From assembly GCA_947494155.1 (NCBI GenBank), contig CANLTW010000008.1:1-64000 (forward strand): 64,000 nt of DNA, given 5' to 3'. The number at the start of each line of letters is the position of its first letter. The stretch's first letter is position 1. Under the pieces are notes generated by a model. That model was not told where the DNA came from, did no database searches, and was given only the letters and a program-made list of their open reading frames with translations. Position numbers and translations under genes: made by a program. This DNA comes from Chlamydiota bacterium. GTDB taxonomy: Bacteria; Chlamydiota; Chlamydiia; Chlamydiales; RGXB01. This document shows positions 1-10,090 of this stretch, in pieces.

Positions 1-2477
1 ACACAGATATTTAAAATCTTATCGGGAACAAAAATAATCCGTTCAATTGCTTTATCTACATACTTCTGGATTTGAGGGATCTCCATCGCCTTTTGAAGTA
101 CATCATCTTTGATCGTCCCCTTCTCAATCACCATAGAGGCTCTGACTTTTCCGTTCACCTGCACCGCTATTTCACATGTAGCGTCTACAAGGAGCATCGG
201 GTCATAAGTCGGATACATTTCAAAGGAAATCCCTTTTGTATACCCAAGCCTCTCGAAAAGCTCCTCTGCGATATGCGGAGCAAAAGGACTTAATATAATG
301 AGGAAGTGGGCCATAGCTTCTTTTGGGAGATTTTTATGCTTTTGCATCGCATTCACAAATTCCATCATTTTAGAAATCGCGGTGTTGAGCGCTAACTCCT
401 CAATATCTTTTTCCACACCATATATAAGTTTGTGGGTCAAACGGCGAATCTCCAGCGGATACTCATCGACAATTTTCCCTTTTTCAAAAAGATCCATAAC
501 CTTGATCAGGAAACGGTGGCAGCCCACAATCGCCTCATCGCTCCAGATTTTCTCCCGGTCGAAAGGGCCCATAAATGTTACATACAAACGCAAGGTGTCT
601 GCACCATATTGCGATACCACATCAAGGGGATTCACACCGTTCAACTTGGATTTGGACATCTTCTCCAGCTGTTTTTTTAGCAGTTGCCCGTTGCGCTTAT
701 CGAAGAACTCTCCATTTCTCTCCTCCACGTCGGATGGTGCTACAAACCCTCCACCGGGTATTTTATAGGCGAAAGCTGTAATCAGACCCTGATTTTTGAG
801 CTTTTTAAAAGGCTCTTTTGTCGATACTAACCCCAAATCGAAAAGAACCTTGTGCCAAAAGCGCGCATATAAAAGGTGTAAAACCGCATGCTCAACCCCT
901 CCTACATAAAGATCGACCGGCATCCAGTGGTTTTCAATCATCGGATCCCAAGGAGCTTTTTTATTATGAGGGTCTAAAAAGCGCAAATAATACCAGCAAG
1001 AACCCGCCCACTGCGGCATCGTATTGGTCTCGCGCATCGCCTTTTTTTGTGTTTTGGGATCGATTACATGCACCCAGGATTCTACGCGGGTTAAGGGGCT
1101 TTGCCCATCTTCTGAGGGTAAATAGTTATCAATATGGGGAGGAAGAAGTGGAAGCTCGTCATCATCTAAGGACCTTTTCGTCCCATCCTCGAAGTGGAGG
1201 ATAGGGATGGGCTCGCCCCAGTAACGTTGACGGGAGAAGAGCCAGTCACGCAATTTATATTGCGTAGTGACCTTGCCCAGTTGTTTTTCAGTAAAATAGG
1301 ACTGTAGAAACTCTTTTGCCTCATCGGGAGTTTTCCCATTCACATCCACATCGTTGAAATGGCTATGAACTAAGACCTCTTTACCATCCTTATCATTTAT
1401 GACTTTAAGCGATGCAAGACCAAACTTTTCCTGAAACTCTTTATCGCGGTCATCATGTGCAGGTACACCCATAACGCAACCGGTGCCATAGCCCATTATC
1501 ACATAGTCGGCTACGTAAATCGGAATGAGGGCTTTAGTTATAGGGTGAACAGCCATGCTGCCGGTGAAAACACCCGTTTTGTCCTTGTTAAGGTCGGTCC
1601 TTTCCAGGTCGCTTTTGCGACTGACCTCTTCTTTGTACTTGTTTACCGCCTCGTGCTGCCCTATCGATACGATACGATCCAGCATAGCGTGCTCAGGAGA
1701 AATGACAAGAAAGGTTACACCAAAAATTGTATCGATTCGAGTTGTGAACACGCTCAAAGGGACATGGTCTTGAGCTGTGGTGAAAAGCAATTCTACACCA
1801 TGGCTTTTGCCGATCCAATTTCTTTGCAAAGCTTTTAAGCTGTCGGGCCAATCCAACTCATCCAGATCTTCTAAAAGACGCTCGGCGTAGGCGGTAATTT
1901 TTAAGACCCATTGGCGTAAAGGGCGCCTTTCGACAGGGTACCCTCCCTCTTTGGAAAAACCGTTCTCCACCTCTTCATTTGCCAAAACGGTGCGTAATCC
2001 GGGGCAGTAATTGACCAAAATATTCGCTTCATAGGCAAGCCCCCTGTCATACAGGCGCTTGAATATCCATTGCGTCCAGCGGTAGTAATCGGGCTCGCTT
2101 GTTTTGATCTCTCTGTCCCAGTCATAGCTGAGGCCTAGCCCTTTGATTTGGGTTCTGTAGGTGTTAATGTTTTCTTCAGTGGTTTGAGCCGGATGGATAC
2201 CGGTGCGGATGGCGTACTGCTCAGCAGGAAGTCCGAAGCTATCCCATCCCATGGGGTGCAGCACTTCATGCCCTTTGAGTCTTTTGAATCTTGAAACGAT
2301 ATCGGTCGCTGTATATCCGCTTGCGTGTCCAACGTGCAACCCAGAACCAGAGGGATAAGGGAACATATCAAGTAGGTAGTATTTGGGTTTTACAGAGAAA
2401 ATATCGGTCTTAAATGTTTTGTTTTTTTCCCAGAAGGCTTGCCATTTTTTTTCAATACTGTGGTGATCGTATGCCAT
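1..2477 (-). CDS. leuS: Leucine--tRNA ligase (last codons lie outside the window)
   Basis: Not in the ORF track because no stop lies in the window. Manual translation from ATG 2477: MAYDHHSIEKKWQAFW...DMFPYPSGSGLHVGH (HIGH motif)...MGWDSFGLPAE...RDWLFSRQRYWGEPIP...EKMSKSKLN (KMSKS)...VQVNGKVR...IIFVPDKILNIC. Confidence 0.97.
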   Translation of the reverse strand, partial: MAYDHHSIEKKWQAFWEKNKTFKTDIFSVKPKYYLLDMFPYPSGSGLHVGHASGYTATDIVSRFKRLKGHEVLHPMGWDSFGLPAEQYAIRTGIHPAQTTEENINTYRTQIKGLGLSYDWDREIKTSEPDYYRWTQWIFKRLYDRGLAYEANILVNYCPGLRTVLANEEVENGFSKEGGYPVERRPLRQWVLKITAYAERLLEDLDELDWPDSLKALQRNWIGKSHGVELLFTTAQDHVPLSVFTTRIDTIFGVTFLVISPEHAMLDRIVSIGQHEAVNKYKEEVSRKSDLERTDLNKDKTGVFTGSMAVHPITKALIPIYVADYVIMGYGTGCVMGVPAHDDRDKEFQEKFGLASLKVINDKDGKEVLVHSHFNDVDVNGKTPDEAKEFLQSYFTEKQLGKVTTQYKLRDWLFSRQRYWGEPIPILHFEDGTKRSLDDDELPLLPPHIDNYLPSEDGQSPLTRVESWVHVIDPKTQKKAMRETNTMPQWAGSCWYYLRFLDPHNKKAPWDPMIENHWMPVDLYVGGVEHAVLHLLYARFWHKVLFDLGLVSTKEPFKKLKNQGLITAFAYKIPGGGFVAPSDVEERNGEFFDKRNGQLLKKQLEKMSKSKLNGVNPLDVVSQYGADTLRLYVTFMGPFDREKIWSDEAIVGCHRFLIKVMDLFEKGKIVDEYPLEIRRLTHKLIYGVEKDIEELALNTAISKMMEFVNAMQKHKNLPKEAMAHFLIILSPFAPHIAEELFERLGYTKGISFEMYPTYDPMLLVDATCEIAVQVNGKVRASMVIEKGTIKDDVLQKAMEIPQIQKYVDKAIERIIFVPDKILNIC

Positions 2478-2596
2478 ATTCCCCTTCAAGATTGGAGCTA
2501 AATTTCTAGATAGTTGGAACCAGCTCAAAGATTTTTTGAAATTTTTAGGATGTCAAAACCAAGGTAATTTAAGACCCTAAGTACGTTGTGAAGAAT

Positions 2597-2627
2597 ACTA
2601 TACACCTTTAGCCACCCTTATTGTCAA
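2597..2627 (-). promoter_or_regulatory. Candidate sigma70/sigma66-type promoter for leuS
   Basis: Minus strand TTGACA (2627-2622) and TATAGT (2602-2597); the 19-nt spacer is longer than optimal. Confidence 0.35.
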
Positions 2628-2775
2628 CCAAGATGCATAGCGTGCAAAAAGGGGGAAAGAAAGTCGCAATCTCTATATTTAGGAGTATTCCCCTTTAGCG
2701 AATAAAGTGCGCATTTTTTGGATTCATCACCGAAGGATTGTATTTTTATCGACTATAGCTTAAACTCGCGGTTGC

Positions 2776-4125
2776 ATGCAATTTGACCTTCAATTTCAAA
2801 AGAAACATAAAGTCGATTTGTCCGAGTACACAGTCGATCAGGACCTCTTTTTTCGCGCCAGGCTGGCCGAGCTTGAGCCTGCAATCACTAAGCTCCTTAT
2901 AGAGCTATTTTATCTCTCCTCGAAAACAACCCTGCAAAAGCTCAAAAATGCTCTTGATCTTACCGAGATCGAATTAAAGTATTTTATTGATAAAATAGCC
3001 CCGTTTCAAATCCTCTTTTGTGAACAAGATTGTGTATTGATCGACAAAGAGGTCAAAAAGAAAATTGAGTGTTTTTTGGCAAAATTTGACGAGGATTTCA
3101 TCCCTGGTATTGAATATTTTCAATCGCTTCTCAAACAGGTTCCTATCAACATCCTCCCCACCTGGTATTCGCTCCCTAGAAGTTGCGATTCCATTTTCCT
3201 CAGCCTGAAAGAAAAAATTTTTCAAACGCCAGCGCAGTATTTACGACATATAAAAGAGGTGGAGACCGAAACCTATCCCATTCAACCGGTTGTGCAAGCT
3301 TTATTGGAATCTTTTGCAGAGGGATTGACTCTTTATGATCTCAAACGCCTTACCGGCCTTGATGGGGCTAAATTAGACGAGTGCATCCTCTTTTTGGAAT
3401 TCAACTTTATAGCTGTTTTAACTTACGAAAACAAAGAGGAGAGATGGGACGCTAAGCTCTCGCTACCTCATGAGCTAAAAAATTATCTAAAAAAACAATC
3501 GGTAACTCCCCCATTTACAACGATCGCCCAAACAAGCGTTGTACCAGATCGAGGAATCCCCCTCACGTTTGCTTTTGACCTGAGTCAAGTGATTCGGTTT
3601 GCAAAACTTTATCCGCTCAAAGTCCTCTCTAATGAGGGATCTCTTAAGTTTGACTCAAAAAATCTGGAAAAGCTGGAGGCTACCCTCCCCTGTTCCACCT
3701 CCTATCTGGAGAATATTTTGCAAAGAGGGATTGAGCTCGAATTGCTAAAAATTGTGGACGGTTACGTCACCTTACATGCCCAAGCCGAACCGTGGCTTCT
3801 CTACTCCATCGAAAAACAGGCCCTTTCCTTATATAAAGTGCTCTGGATGCAAAAAAACCAAAATGCAAAACAGTCTGAAAAGGGTCTTTCAGCGATTATT
3901 GACAAGGGTTGGGTCTTGGTAGACGAGGTGATCGCCTTTATCTCGTCCGGTAAACCTGTTTTAAGCAGGGGAAAAGAGGGGTTCACTTACGAAATTCAAG
4001 ATGAAGTGAAGCTCACTCATGAGCACCTTTCTACCCTTTTTGAATCGGGTCTGATCGAGTGGGGGCAGTTAGATAAGAGGCGTTGTTTGCGTCTTACAGA
4101 ATTAGGCAAACAGATTGCAATCTGA
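2776..4125 (+). CDS. Hypothetical protein, 449 aa, possibly with winged-helix-like segments
   Basis: Long ATG ORF divergent from leuS; ends in a wHTH-like pattern (LSTLFESGLIEW...LRLTELGKQI); function not recognised. Confidence 0.8.
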   Translation: MQFDLQFQKKHKVDLSEYTVDQDLFFRARLAELEPAITKLLIELFYLSSKTTLQKLKNALDLTEIELKYFIDKIAPFQILFCEQDCVLIDKEVKKKIECFLAKFDEDFIPGIEYFQSLLKQVPINILPTWYSLPRSCDSIFLSLKEKIFQTPAQYLRHIKEVETETYPIQPVVQALLESFAEGLTLYDLKRLTGLDGAKLDECILFLEFNFIAVLTYENKEERWDAKLSLPHELKNYLKKQSVTPPFTTIAQTSVVPDRGIPLTFAFDLSQVIRFAKLYPLKVLSNEGSLKFDSKNLEKLEATLPCSTSYLENILQRGIELELLKIVDGYVTLHAQAEPWLLYSIEKQALSLYKVLWMQKNQNAKQSEKGLSAIIDKGWVLVDEVIAFISSGKPVLSRGKEGFTYEIQDEVKLTHEHLSTLFESGLIEWGQLDKRRCLRLTELGKQIAI

Positions 4126-4131
4126 CTTGCT

Positions 4132-4728
4132 TTACTGCTTTTGCTCCTTCCAGGAATTCCAATACTCCTGGCCGTAGTCGACACAAATCTCCTCGCCTAT
4201 TTTGATGTCTCTTCTTGCGACATAAACCACTCTTGGGATCCCGTCGACAAAAATGGTGATCGCTTCGCCGTTCGGGTCATCCGCATGATTGATTGTGCGC
4301 GCTACATTTCCGCTAAACCGAGCATCCAGGACAAAACCCGTTTCATCATCCCCGACTGTAAGGTTAAATACATACCTGTTTTCAGGATCGAGCTGCTTTT
4401 CATCGGTGATTAAACCCACATACTCGCACAAAAAGGCCCCTTTTTTGATCGCCTCTTTGGCGAAAACACCATTACCAATTTTTGCGTTTACCCACTTGAT
4501 TTCCAAAGCATGAGGGAGTTTTTTTCCTAGGTATTTTTTATATCGCTTGGCGAGATGGTTTTCTAAATTCCATTTCCCCTTGTACTTTCGAACCTGTTTT
4601 TTGAGCTTCTCCATCATGTCGAGAGAACGTGCAAAAGGGCGAGCCAAAGGAAGAAAAGGCTCGTTTTTAAGTTCTTCTTTTGAATAAACATGCAAACGCT
4701 GTGACATCATTGACCCCCAAAAGGACAT
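4132..4728 (-). CDS. SET-domain protein-lysine methyltransferase
   Basis: GNGVFA, EYVG, DARFSGNVARTINHADDPN and GEEICVDYGQEYW SET motifs. Confidence 0.93.
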   Translation of the reverse strand: MSFWGSMMSQRLHVYSKEELKNEPFLPLARPFARSLDMMEKLKKQVRKYKGKWNLENHLAKRYKKYLGKKLPHALEIKWVNAKIGNGVFAKEAIKKGAFLCEYVGLITDEKQLDPENRYVFNLTVGDDETGFVLDARFSGNVARTINHADDPNGEAITIFVDGIPRVVYVARRDIKIGEEICVDYGQEYWNSWKEQKQ

Positions 4729-4785
4729 CTATAAAAAATCTAATTAGGAATTAACAGATTTAGTGTCTAATAGCAAGGTTGTTTT

Positions 4786-5427
4786 TTATTCCCAATAGTA
4801 AGGTCCATAATCTACCGTAAGCTCCTCGTCTTTTTCCACACGCCGATTTGTGAAAAAAATGATTCTAGGGAGGTTGTCGATCAGAAGCCACCTGGATAAA
4901 AGATTTGGATTGTCGCTGTGATTGATAAATCTTGTGTGATTTCCCTGTTTTTCAGCATCAATCACATACCCTGTATCCAATGTATCTATGGCATATTCAA
5001 AAATGTAGCTATTGTCCCGATCCTTTTTTTTGTCCCTTTTTTTGACAACACCCACATATTCCCCTATGCAAGTCATTTCAAAAAGAGTGTTATTCGCAAA
5101 AAGACCGGCCCCTTTTAACTCATCAATCGGGCGAACAGACATTTTTTGTCGTATCCCCGCGAGCTCACGTTTAAAAAGCGCCAAGTTCCAGCGGTTGAAG
5201 GAGCGAAAAGCGGGATCCTTTAGACGATTTTCCCCTTTTTTTTGTATGGATACGCGATCTACATTCTCATGGTAGATAAGACTTTCAAGATAGCTAAAAC
5301 CATAGTACTGACTTAAAGACTCAGCCTCGTCGGGAATCAGAAAATCCCGAGCAATTTCCACCATAAGCTCCCTACAATACCCCAAATCAAAATATTGACT
5401 AAACTCAATAGAAATCCTATCTTCCAC
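4786..5427 (-). CDS. SET-domain protein-lysine methyltransferase (NUE/CT737-like); true start probably near 5364
   Basis: GAGLFA, GEYVG, DAEKQGNHTRFINHSDNPN and EELTVDYGPYYW; as called it overlaps the upstream DASS gene by 91 nt. Confidence 0.93.
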   Translation of the reverse strand: MEDRISIEFSQYFDLGYCRELMVEIARDFLIPDEAESLSQYYGFSYLESLIYHENVDRVSIQKKGENRLKDPAFRSFNRWNLALFKRELAGIRQKMSVRPIDELKGAGLFANNTLFEMTCIGEYVGVVKKRDKKKDRDNSYIFEYAIDTLDTGYVIDAEKQGNHTRFINHSDNPNLLSRWLLIDNLPRIIFFTNRRVEKDEELTVDYGPYYWE

Positions 5428-6773
5428 CAGTCCCCTATACGGACAAAATTAGACCCGTAAAGGATAGGAGCCGGCCCCGATCCGAAGTGGGTTAGAGACC
5501 CAAAAAGGGAGCTGATGAATCCAAAAGTAAAAGCCGTTAAATTGACAGGTGCCCCCAAATTAACCGCTACAACGAAAAAAGGGAGCAGCAATGCGCCAAT
5601 GTGAGCCAAATTGCTTGCAAAAAAGTAATGGGCATAAAAATAGATGATCGATAAAACAATTAATCCCCATCCCCATGAAACACCAATAAAATGCCCTTTA
5701 ACCACCCCACCAAACCAATCTGCCAGACCGAATTTGGTGATATATCCGGCTAAAGTCAACAGCGTAGCAAACCAAATAAGCGTGTCCCAGGCCCCTTTTT
5801 CTTTGAGTACATCCTCCCAACTCAACACCCTCGACAATAAAAGAAGAGCAAGTCCTATAAGAGCTGTCAATGTAGCTGATAGCCACGAGCTTCCTACCGA
5901 CCATAAAAACACTAGCACCAAAAAAACACCTAGCATCCAAAGCTCATCAGCTTTTAGTTTCCCCATAACCAAAAGCTCTTCTCTGGATTTTTGAGGAGCC
6001 TCAGGGGTTTCTTTTAATTCAGGGGGGTAAATTTTATACAATACGTAAGGGATGCACAGAAGACTTAGAAGGCCGGGAACAACCGCAGCAAACGCCCAAT
6101 CGGTCCAGCTAATGGAAACACCATAAGACTTCACCATATTCAGCACCATCGGATTTCCCGCCATTGCTGTAAGAAACATCGCGCTGGTAACCGTCCCAGA
6201 CTGAAAAATCGTTTGGATCAGGTATCCCCCTATCCTCCTTGGGCTATGATCTGGGTCGCTTCCAAAAGCTTTTGCAATCGATAAAACGACTGGGTACACA
6301 ATCCCCCCAATCCTCGCTGTGACGCTTGGAATTGCGGGTGCAAGCAATAGATCAGTAAGCGTCATACCATAGGCTATTCCCAGACTGTTTTTTCCCATCG
6401 CCCGAATCAATAGATGGGCTAGTCGTAGACCCAAACCGGTTTTGATAAACCCCCTTGCGATAAAAAAAGCCGAGGTGATGAGCCAAACCACAGGATTTGC
6501 AAAGCCTGTGAAGGTCTCTTCAAAGGAGAGTACATTCAGCAAAGGGAGTACAGTTAAAGAAAAAATACAGATAGCTCCTGATGGCAGAGGCTTTAACACC
6601 ACTGCAAGAACAGTAAACAAAAATACGCCGAAGACTTTCATCCCTCTGGGATCTACCCCGATCGGTTCGGGGATATGCCAAAAAAGGCCCCCCACAGCTA
6701 CACAAATCAAGAGTTTCATCAAGTCAATCAAATGATGGCGATGGCAGTATGGGGGTATAGTCAAGGGGGACAT
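5337..6773 (-). CDS. DASS-family divalent anion (dicarboxylate) transporter
   Basis: Polytopic membrane protein with PAIPSVTARIGG, TSAMFLTAMAGNP, YAHYFFAS and THFGSGPAPILYG motifs (YbhI/plastid DiT type); start uncertain. Confidence 0.92.
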   Translation of the reverse strand: MSPLTIPPYCHRHHLIDLMKLLICVAVGGLFWHIPEPIGVDPRGMKVFGVFLFTVLAVVLKPLPSGAICIFSLTVLPLLNVLSFEETFTGFANPVVWLITSAFFIARGFIKTGLGLRLAHLLIRAMGKNSLGIAYGMTLTDLLLAPAIPSVTARIGGIVYPVVLSIAKAFGSDPDHSPRRIGGYLIQTIFQSGTVTSAMFLTAMAGNPMVLNMVKSYGVSISWTDWAFAAVVPGLLSLLCIPYVLYKIYPPELKETPEAPQKSREELLVMGKLKADELWMLGVFLVLVFLWSVGSSWLSATLTALIGLALLLLSRVLSWEDVLKEKGAWDTLIWFATLLTLAGYITKFGLADWFGGVVKGHFIGVSWGWGLIVLSIIYFYAHYFFASNLAHIGALLLPFFVVAVNLGAPVNLTAFTFGFISSLFGSLTHFGSGPAPILYGSNFVRIGDWWKIGFLLSLVNILIWGIVGSLWWKLLGIF

Positions 6774-6851
6774 GGTTAGTCTTATAGTTTATTCTTTCAT
6801 AGTTTAACAAATTTAGGGGAAAATGCAAATAGATTAGGGCCCAACTTTTTT

Positions 6852-8864
6852 TCAGTGGGGATTTCCCCCTTTCTCGGGCATTTGCACTACAACGAACCCG
6901 GAGCTTTGTCCTGTTGGTGTAGAGGAGATTGAGGGAATCAAAGGCAAATTCAATCGGATAGGTTCCACCGAAGTCGATGTTTCCCCTCTAGACATCTCCT
7001 CCCCGTTAGGTCGATAGACAAATGAGCTCTCAATCCTAAAATCCCCCTGCTGAATGACCTCTTTTTGTGTGCCCAAAACAGTCACCTCCCGCTCAACTGA
7101 AGAGAAACTCGATCTTCTAGAGCTGGAATGGATCGAAAGATTCCCCTCTCTTTGTAAGGATTCGTCCGCTAAATAGGGAGGTACTGGACCCATAGCTATC
7201 GGGAAAGGTGGGTGAACAGCTCTGACCTCAGCCATTTGCGGCATCTGCCGATGCATGCCACCAAGAGTTGGCTCTTGTCTTACCATTTGTAGCGGCTCTT
7301 GCTCGTAAGCTTGTGGATGCTTCAACCCCTCTTTACCTGCCCAAAATGTGGACGAGGGTTGCAGACCAGCGTAACCAGGGTGATAGGATTGGGAGTTCGC
7401 AAAGCGGGAATCAATAGAATACCCCATCATAGCAGCTTGAGATTGCCAGTCTGCTCTTTTTGAAAAACTCGCCTCCTGGAAGGACAAATGACTCCGTGCC
7501 GATTCGCTGGATCCCGATCGATACCCAATATTAGGCAATACACTACGCTGTGATCTAGCTCGACGCATGTACACCTCCCCCCTTCTTTGGGATTTTGGTG
7601 GAGAAAAACGGGAAAAAGACCCCCTCTCATCGCCCGAGGACAGACATCCCATCTCCCCCTCGCTTCCTAAACTTTGAGAATCTTCCGAGTGTCTTTGTTT
7701 TACCGAACCCTCTTGAGAAAATACACCAGCCCCTTCTACAGCCGATCGAGATTCCATAAAAGAGTGTCTCCTCACCGGGTTTTCAAAGGTAAACTTTTCC
7801 ATTGAAGGGCTTGCCACATATCCTTGTGATAGCTCCTCTTTTGCTTGGGGGCTACCACACATAAGCTCTCGAGATCTTTCCAACACCCTTTTTCTTTTTA
7901 AAATGATGGCTGCCCATTGTTTGTAGGTAAACTTGAGCTTTTCTTTACTTTCCAAAAGCATAAATCGATTGGATTTGTAGATTTTTGACATCCTATTGGA
8001 AATAACATAGGCATTGTACCAGCGATCGAATAATCTGCGTTTCACATTGATCGGTTTATTACGATCAAAAATCGCGCGAAACCTCTCTTGAACCAAATCC
8101 CGAGCCCCCTCCTGAATCGCTTCCGAAAGTTGTTTTTTGAGATTCTTGGCAAAGTCTCCACTCAATTTTGCATCGGGCATCGATTTAAGGACCTTCACCG
8201 CTTCTTTGCAGTTGGATTTTTGGTCGAAAGCTAAGTTGCCTTCATTTTTGAGCGCGCTGATGGAGCGGAAAACATTGTAGATAGCGGCAAATTCTTCGAT
8301 TTTTCTACATTTGATCTCAACATCTTTGAGCATGGTTAAAAACTTTTGGCGCTCCAACTCCTGCTTTCTGCGATGATCCATTAGAGCAGATAAAACTTTG
8401 GAAACCATTACGAGGGCTGCAGTAAATCCTTTGGGAACATCTGTTTCCCCAAGATATTTTGCTGCCGTATCTGAAGTTTCCATAATGATTAGTGCCACAG
8501 CTACAAAAGCGGCCAAGTAATCTACACAGCGAAAAGTAGCATCGGTTACTTGTCTTTTTGTAAATTTCGTACCGCAGATCGGTTCATCTTTGATTTTGAG
8601 TATTTCTTCGACAACATTTTGAACGTCACGCAGTTTTTCAATATTGCGTTCTAAAATAGCCAAAGGCGATTGCACCACCGCTTTAATTGCTACTGAATCG
8701 GAGCTCTCAAACGTTTTACCGACACTGATCACAGTTTCTTCAACTGTTTCCACAGCCTTGTTACATTGCTCTATGAGCTCTTCTAGCGGAAATTTTTCAC
8801 CACTTTTGCGGAAATTGACAGGCATAGAGTTTTTCCCAGTTAAATTTAAATTAAAATTTAACAC
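6852..8864 (-). CDS. Hypothetical protein, 670 aa; Inc/effector-like architecture
   Basis: Coiled-coil-like N-terminus, two adjacent hydrophobic stretches (YLAAFVAVALIIM, FTAALVMVSKVLSAL), long Ser/Gln/Pro-rich C-terminal half. Confidence 0.75.
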   Translation of the reverse strand: MLNFNLNLTGKNSMPVNFRKSGEKFPLEELIEQCNKAVETVEETVISVGKTFESSDSVAIKAVVQSPLAILERNIEKLRDVQNVVEEILKIKDEPICGTKFTKRQVTDATFRCVDYLAAFVAVALIIMETSDTAAKYLGETDVPKGFTAALVMVSKVLSALMDHRRKQELERQKFLTMLKDVEIKCRKIEEFAAIYNVFRSISALKNEGNLAFDQKSNCKEAVKVLKSMPDAKLSGDFAKNLKKQLSEAIQEGARDLVQERFRAIFDRNKPINVKRRLFDRWYNAYVISNRMSKIYKSNRFMLLESKEKLKFTYKQWAAIILKRKRVLERSRELMCGSPQAKEELSQGYVASPSMEKFTFENPVRRHSFMESRSAVEGAGVFSQEGSVKQRHSEDSQSLGSEGEMGCLSSGDERGSFSRFSPPKSQRRGEVYMRRARSQRSVLPNIGYRSGSSESARSHLSFQEASFSKRADWQSQAAMMGYSIDSRFANSQSYHPGYAGLQPSSTFWAGKEGLKHPQAYEQEPLQMVRQEPTLGGMHRQMPQMAEVRAVHPPFPIAMGPVPPYLADESLQREGNLSIHSSSRRSSFSSVEREVTVLGTQKEVIQQGDFRIESSFVYRPNGEEMSRGETSTSVEPIRLNLPLIPSISSTPTGQSSGFVVVQMPEKGGNPH

Positions 8865-8878
8865 TGTGTAAATTTTTT

Positions 8879-10090
8879 TTAAAGAACAAATTCTTTTTTG
8901 AAAAAAATTTTCAGCTGCTGTTTCCCTTGGGCTAAAAACATCTCTTTTCCGCTTATAAAAAGGGGAAATTTTTCATACTCGGGATTGTGTGAGAGCTTGG
9001 TGTCTAAGATCTGAATCCCCTTTTGAATCGTTAAACCGAGGTCATATACAGGTAAAGTGTCGATTAACATATCAAAATCGGATTGCCAATCGTCAAGCAA
9101 AGAGACCTTGAGTTGCAGTTCCCTCTCAATAGCGTCTCTTTTTTTCTTGCACCGTACGAAGAGGTGCACTTCACAGCTGTTTTTTAGAAAACGGGCAAAA
9201 GCTTTCGCTACCCCACCCCCCCCAAGAATTGCAACTCGCTTCCCGCCTAGAGATAGGGTTTTAAGGATTTCTATATCAGTATTGTATCCCACACCCAATA
9301 CATACGTGTTCACCGCTCGGCAGTTGGTGGCGCAAGGGGCTAGAGTTTTGCAAAGACGGTAAGCGATCTCTTTAAAGGGCATCGTGATACTGAAACCTTG
9401 AAAAAGATCTGATTTTAACACTTTTTCCACCTCATTTTCTTCAACAGGGAGATTGAGGTACAAAGCATCGATTTTTTCCCTCGCAAAAAGGGGATTATAA
9501 AGCTTGTAACCGATTGAGGGGGGGCTTTTTTTCCCTTTGATCAGACCGTATAGAGATGTTTGCCTAGTAAGCCGTTTGATTTGATAGATCTCTAAAAGCT
9601 CTTTCAGGGGAATCTGGCCGTATAACCCGTTTTTTGAAGTGTAGATCCATCGAGCACCCCAGAGAAAACTTAAAATTCTTGTAGCTTGACACTCCTCACC
9701 CTGCGCAAACAGAATCAATCGATCCTTATAGAGAGAAAATAGGGGCTTGAGTTCCAAATAGTCACTAAAGCTGATGCGATCAAAACAGACTTTTAAGAGG
9801 TCGGGGGTATTTTGATCCATTTTTTGCAAAAGCCTTAAGGTGTTTTCGTAAGAGATAAAGGGGCCATGAAATGAATAGATCCACTTTACAAAAGGAAACG
9901 CTACCCTAAATTGGTGGAACGATTCGGGGAAAGAGATATCACAAAAGCTCGCTATACTATTGGGTGGTTGTTTTGTCAGAACTACCTTTTGAGAAACAGT
10001 TGTTAGGTGGGTAAGATCAGGGCGAAGCTCAATAAAATCGACTTCGAGGGGGGATTCCTCCTCGTCAGGCCCCAGGGTATAAACTATCAT
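8879..10090 (-). CDS. aroDE: Bifunctional 3-dehydroquinate dehydratase (type I)/shikimate dehydrogenase
   Basis: IELRPD and SFH in the N-domain; GFSITMPFKE, AVNT, GYNTD, ILGGGGVAKA and GKEMFLAQG in the C-domain; last gene of the aro operon. Confidence 0.88.
   Translation of the reverse strand: MIVYTLGPDEEESPLEVDFIELRPDLTHLTTVSQKVVLTKQPPNSIASFCDISFPESFHQFRVAFPFVKWIYSFHGPFISYENTLRLLQKMDQNTPDLLKVCFDRISFSDYLELKPLFSLYKDRLILFAQGEECQATRILSFLWGARWIYTSKNGLYGQIPLKELLEIYQIKRLTRQTSLYGLIKGKKSPPSIGYKLYNPLFAREKIDALYLNLPVEENEVEKVLKSDLFQGFSITMPFKEIAYRLCKTLAPCATNCRAVNTYVLGVGYNTDIEILKTLSLGGKRVAILGGGGVAKAFARFLKNSCEVHLFVRCKKKRDAIERELQLKVSLLDDWQSDFDMLIDTLPVYDLGLTIQKGIQILDTKLSHNPEYEKFPLFISGKEMFLAQGKQQLKIFFKKEFVL

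Noticed and set aside
72..2371. Short ORFs in the track across 1-2.4 kb
   Set aside because: Antisense or off-frame shadows of leuS, which is continuous from 2477 to the window edge
2478..2600. T-box or attenuator leader for leuS
   Set aside because: No T-box consensus, terminator or Leu-rich leader peptide recognised
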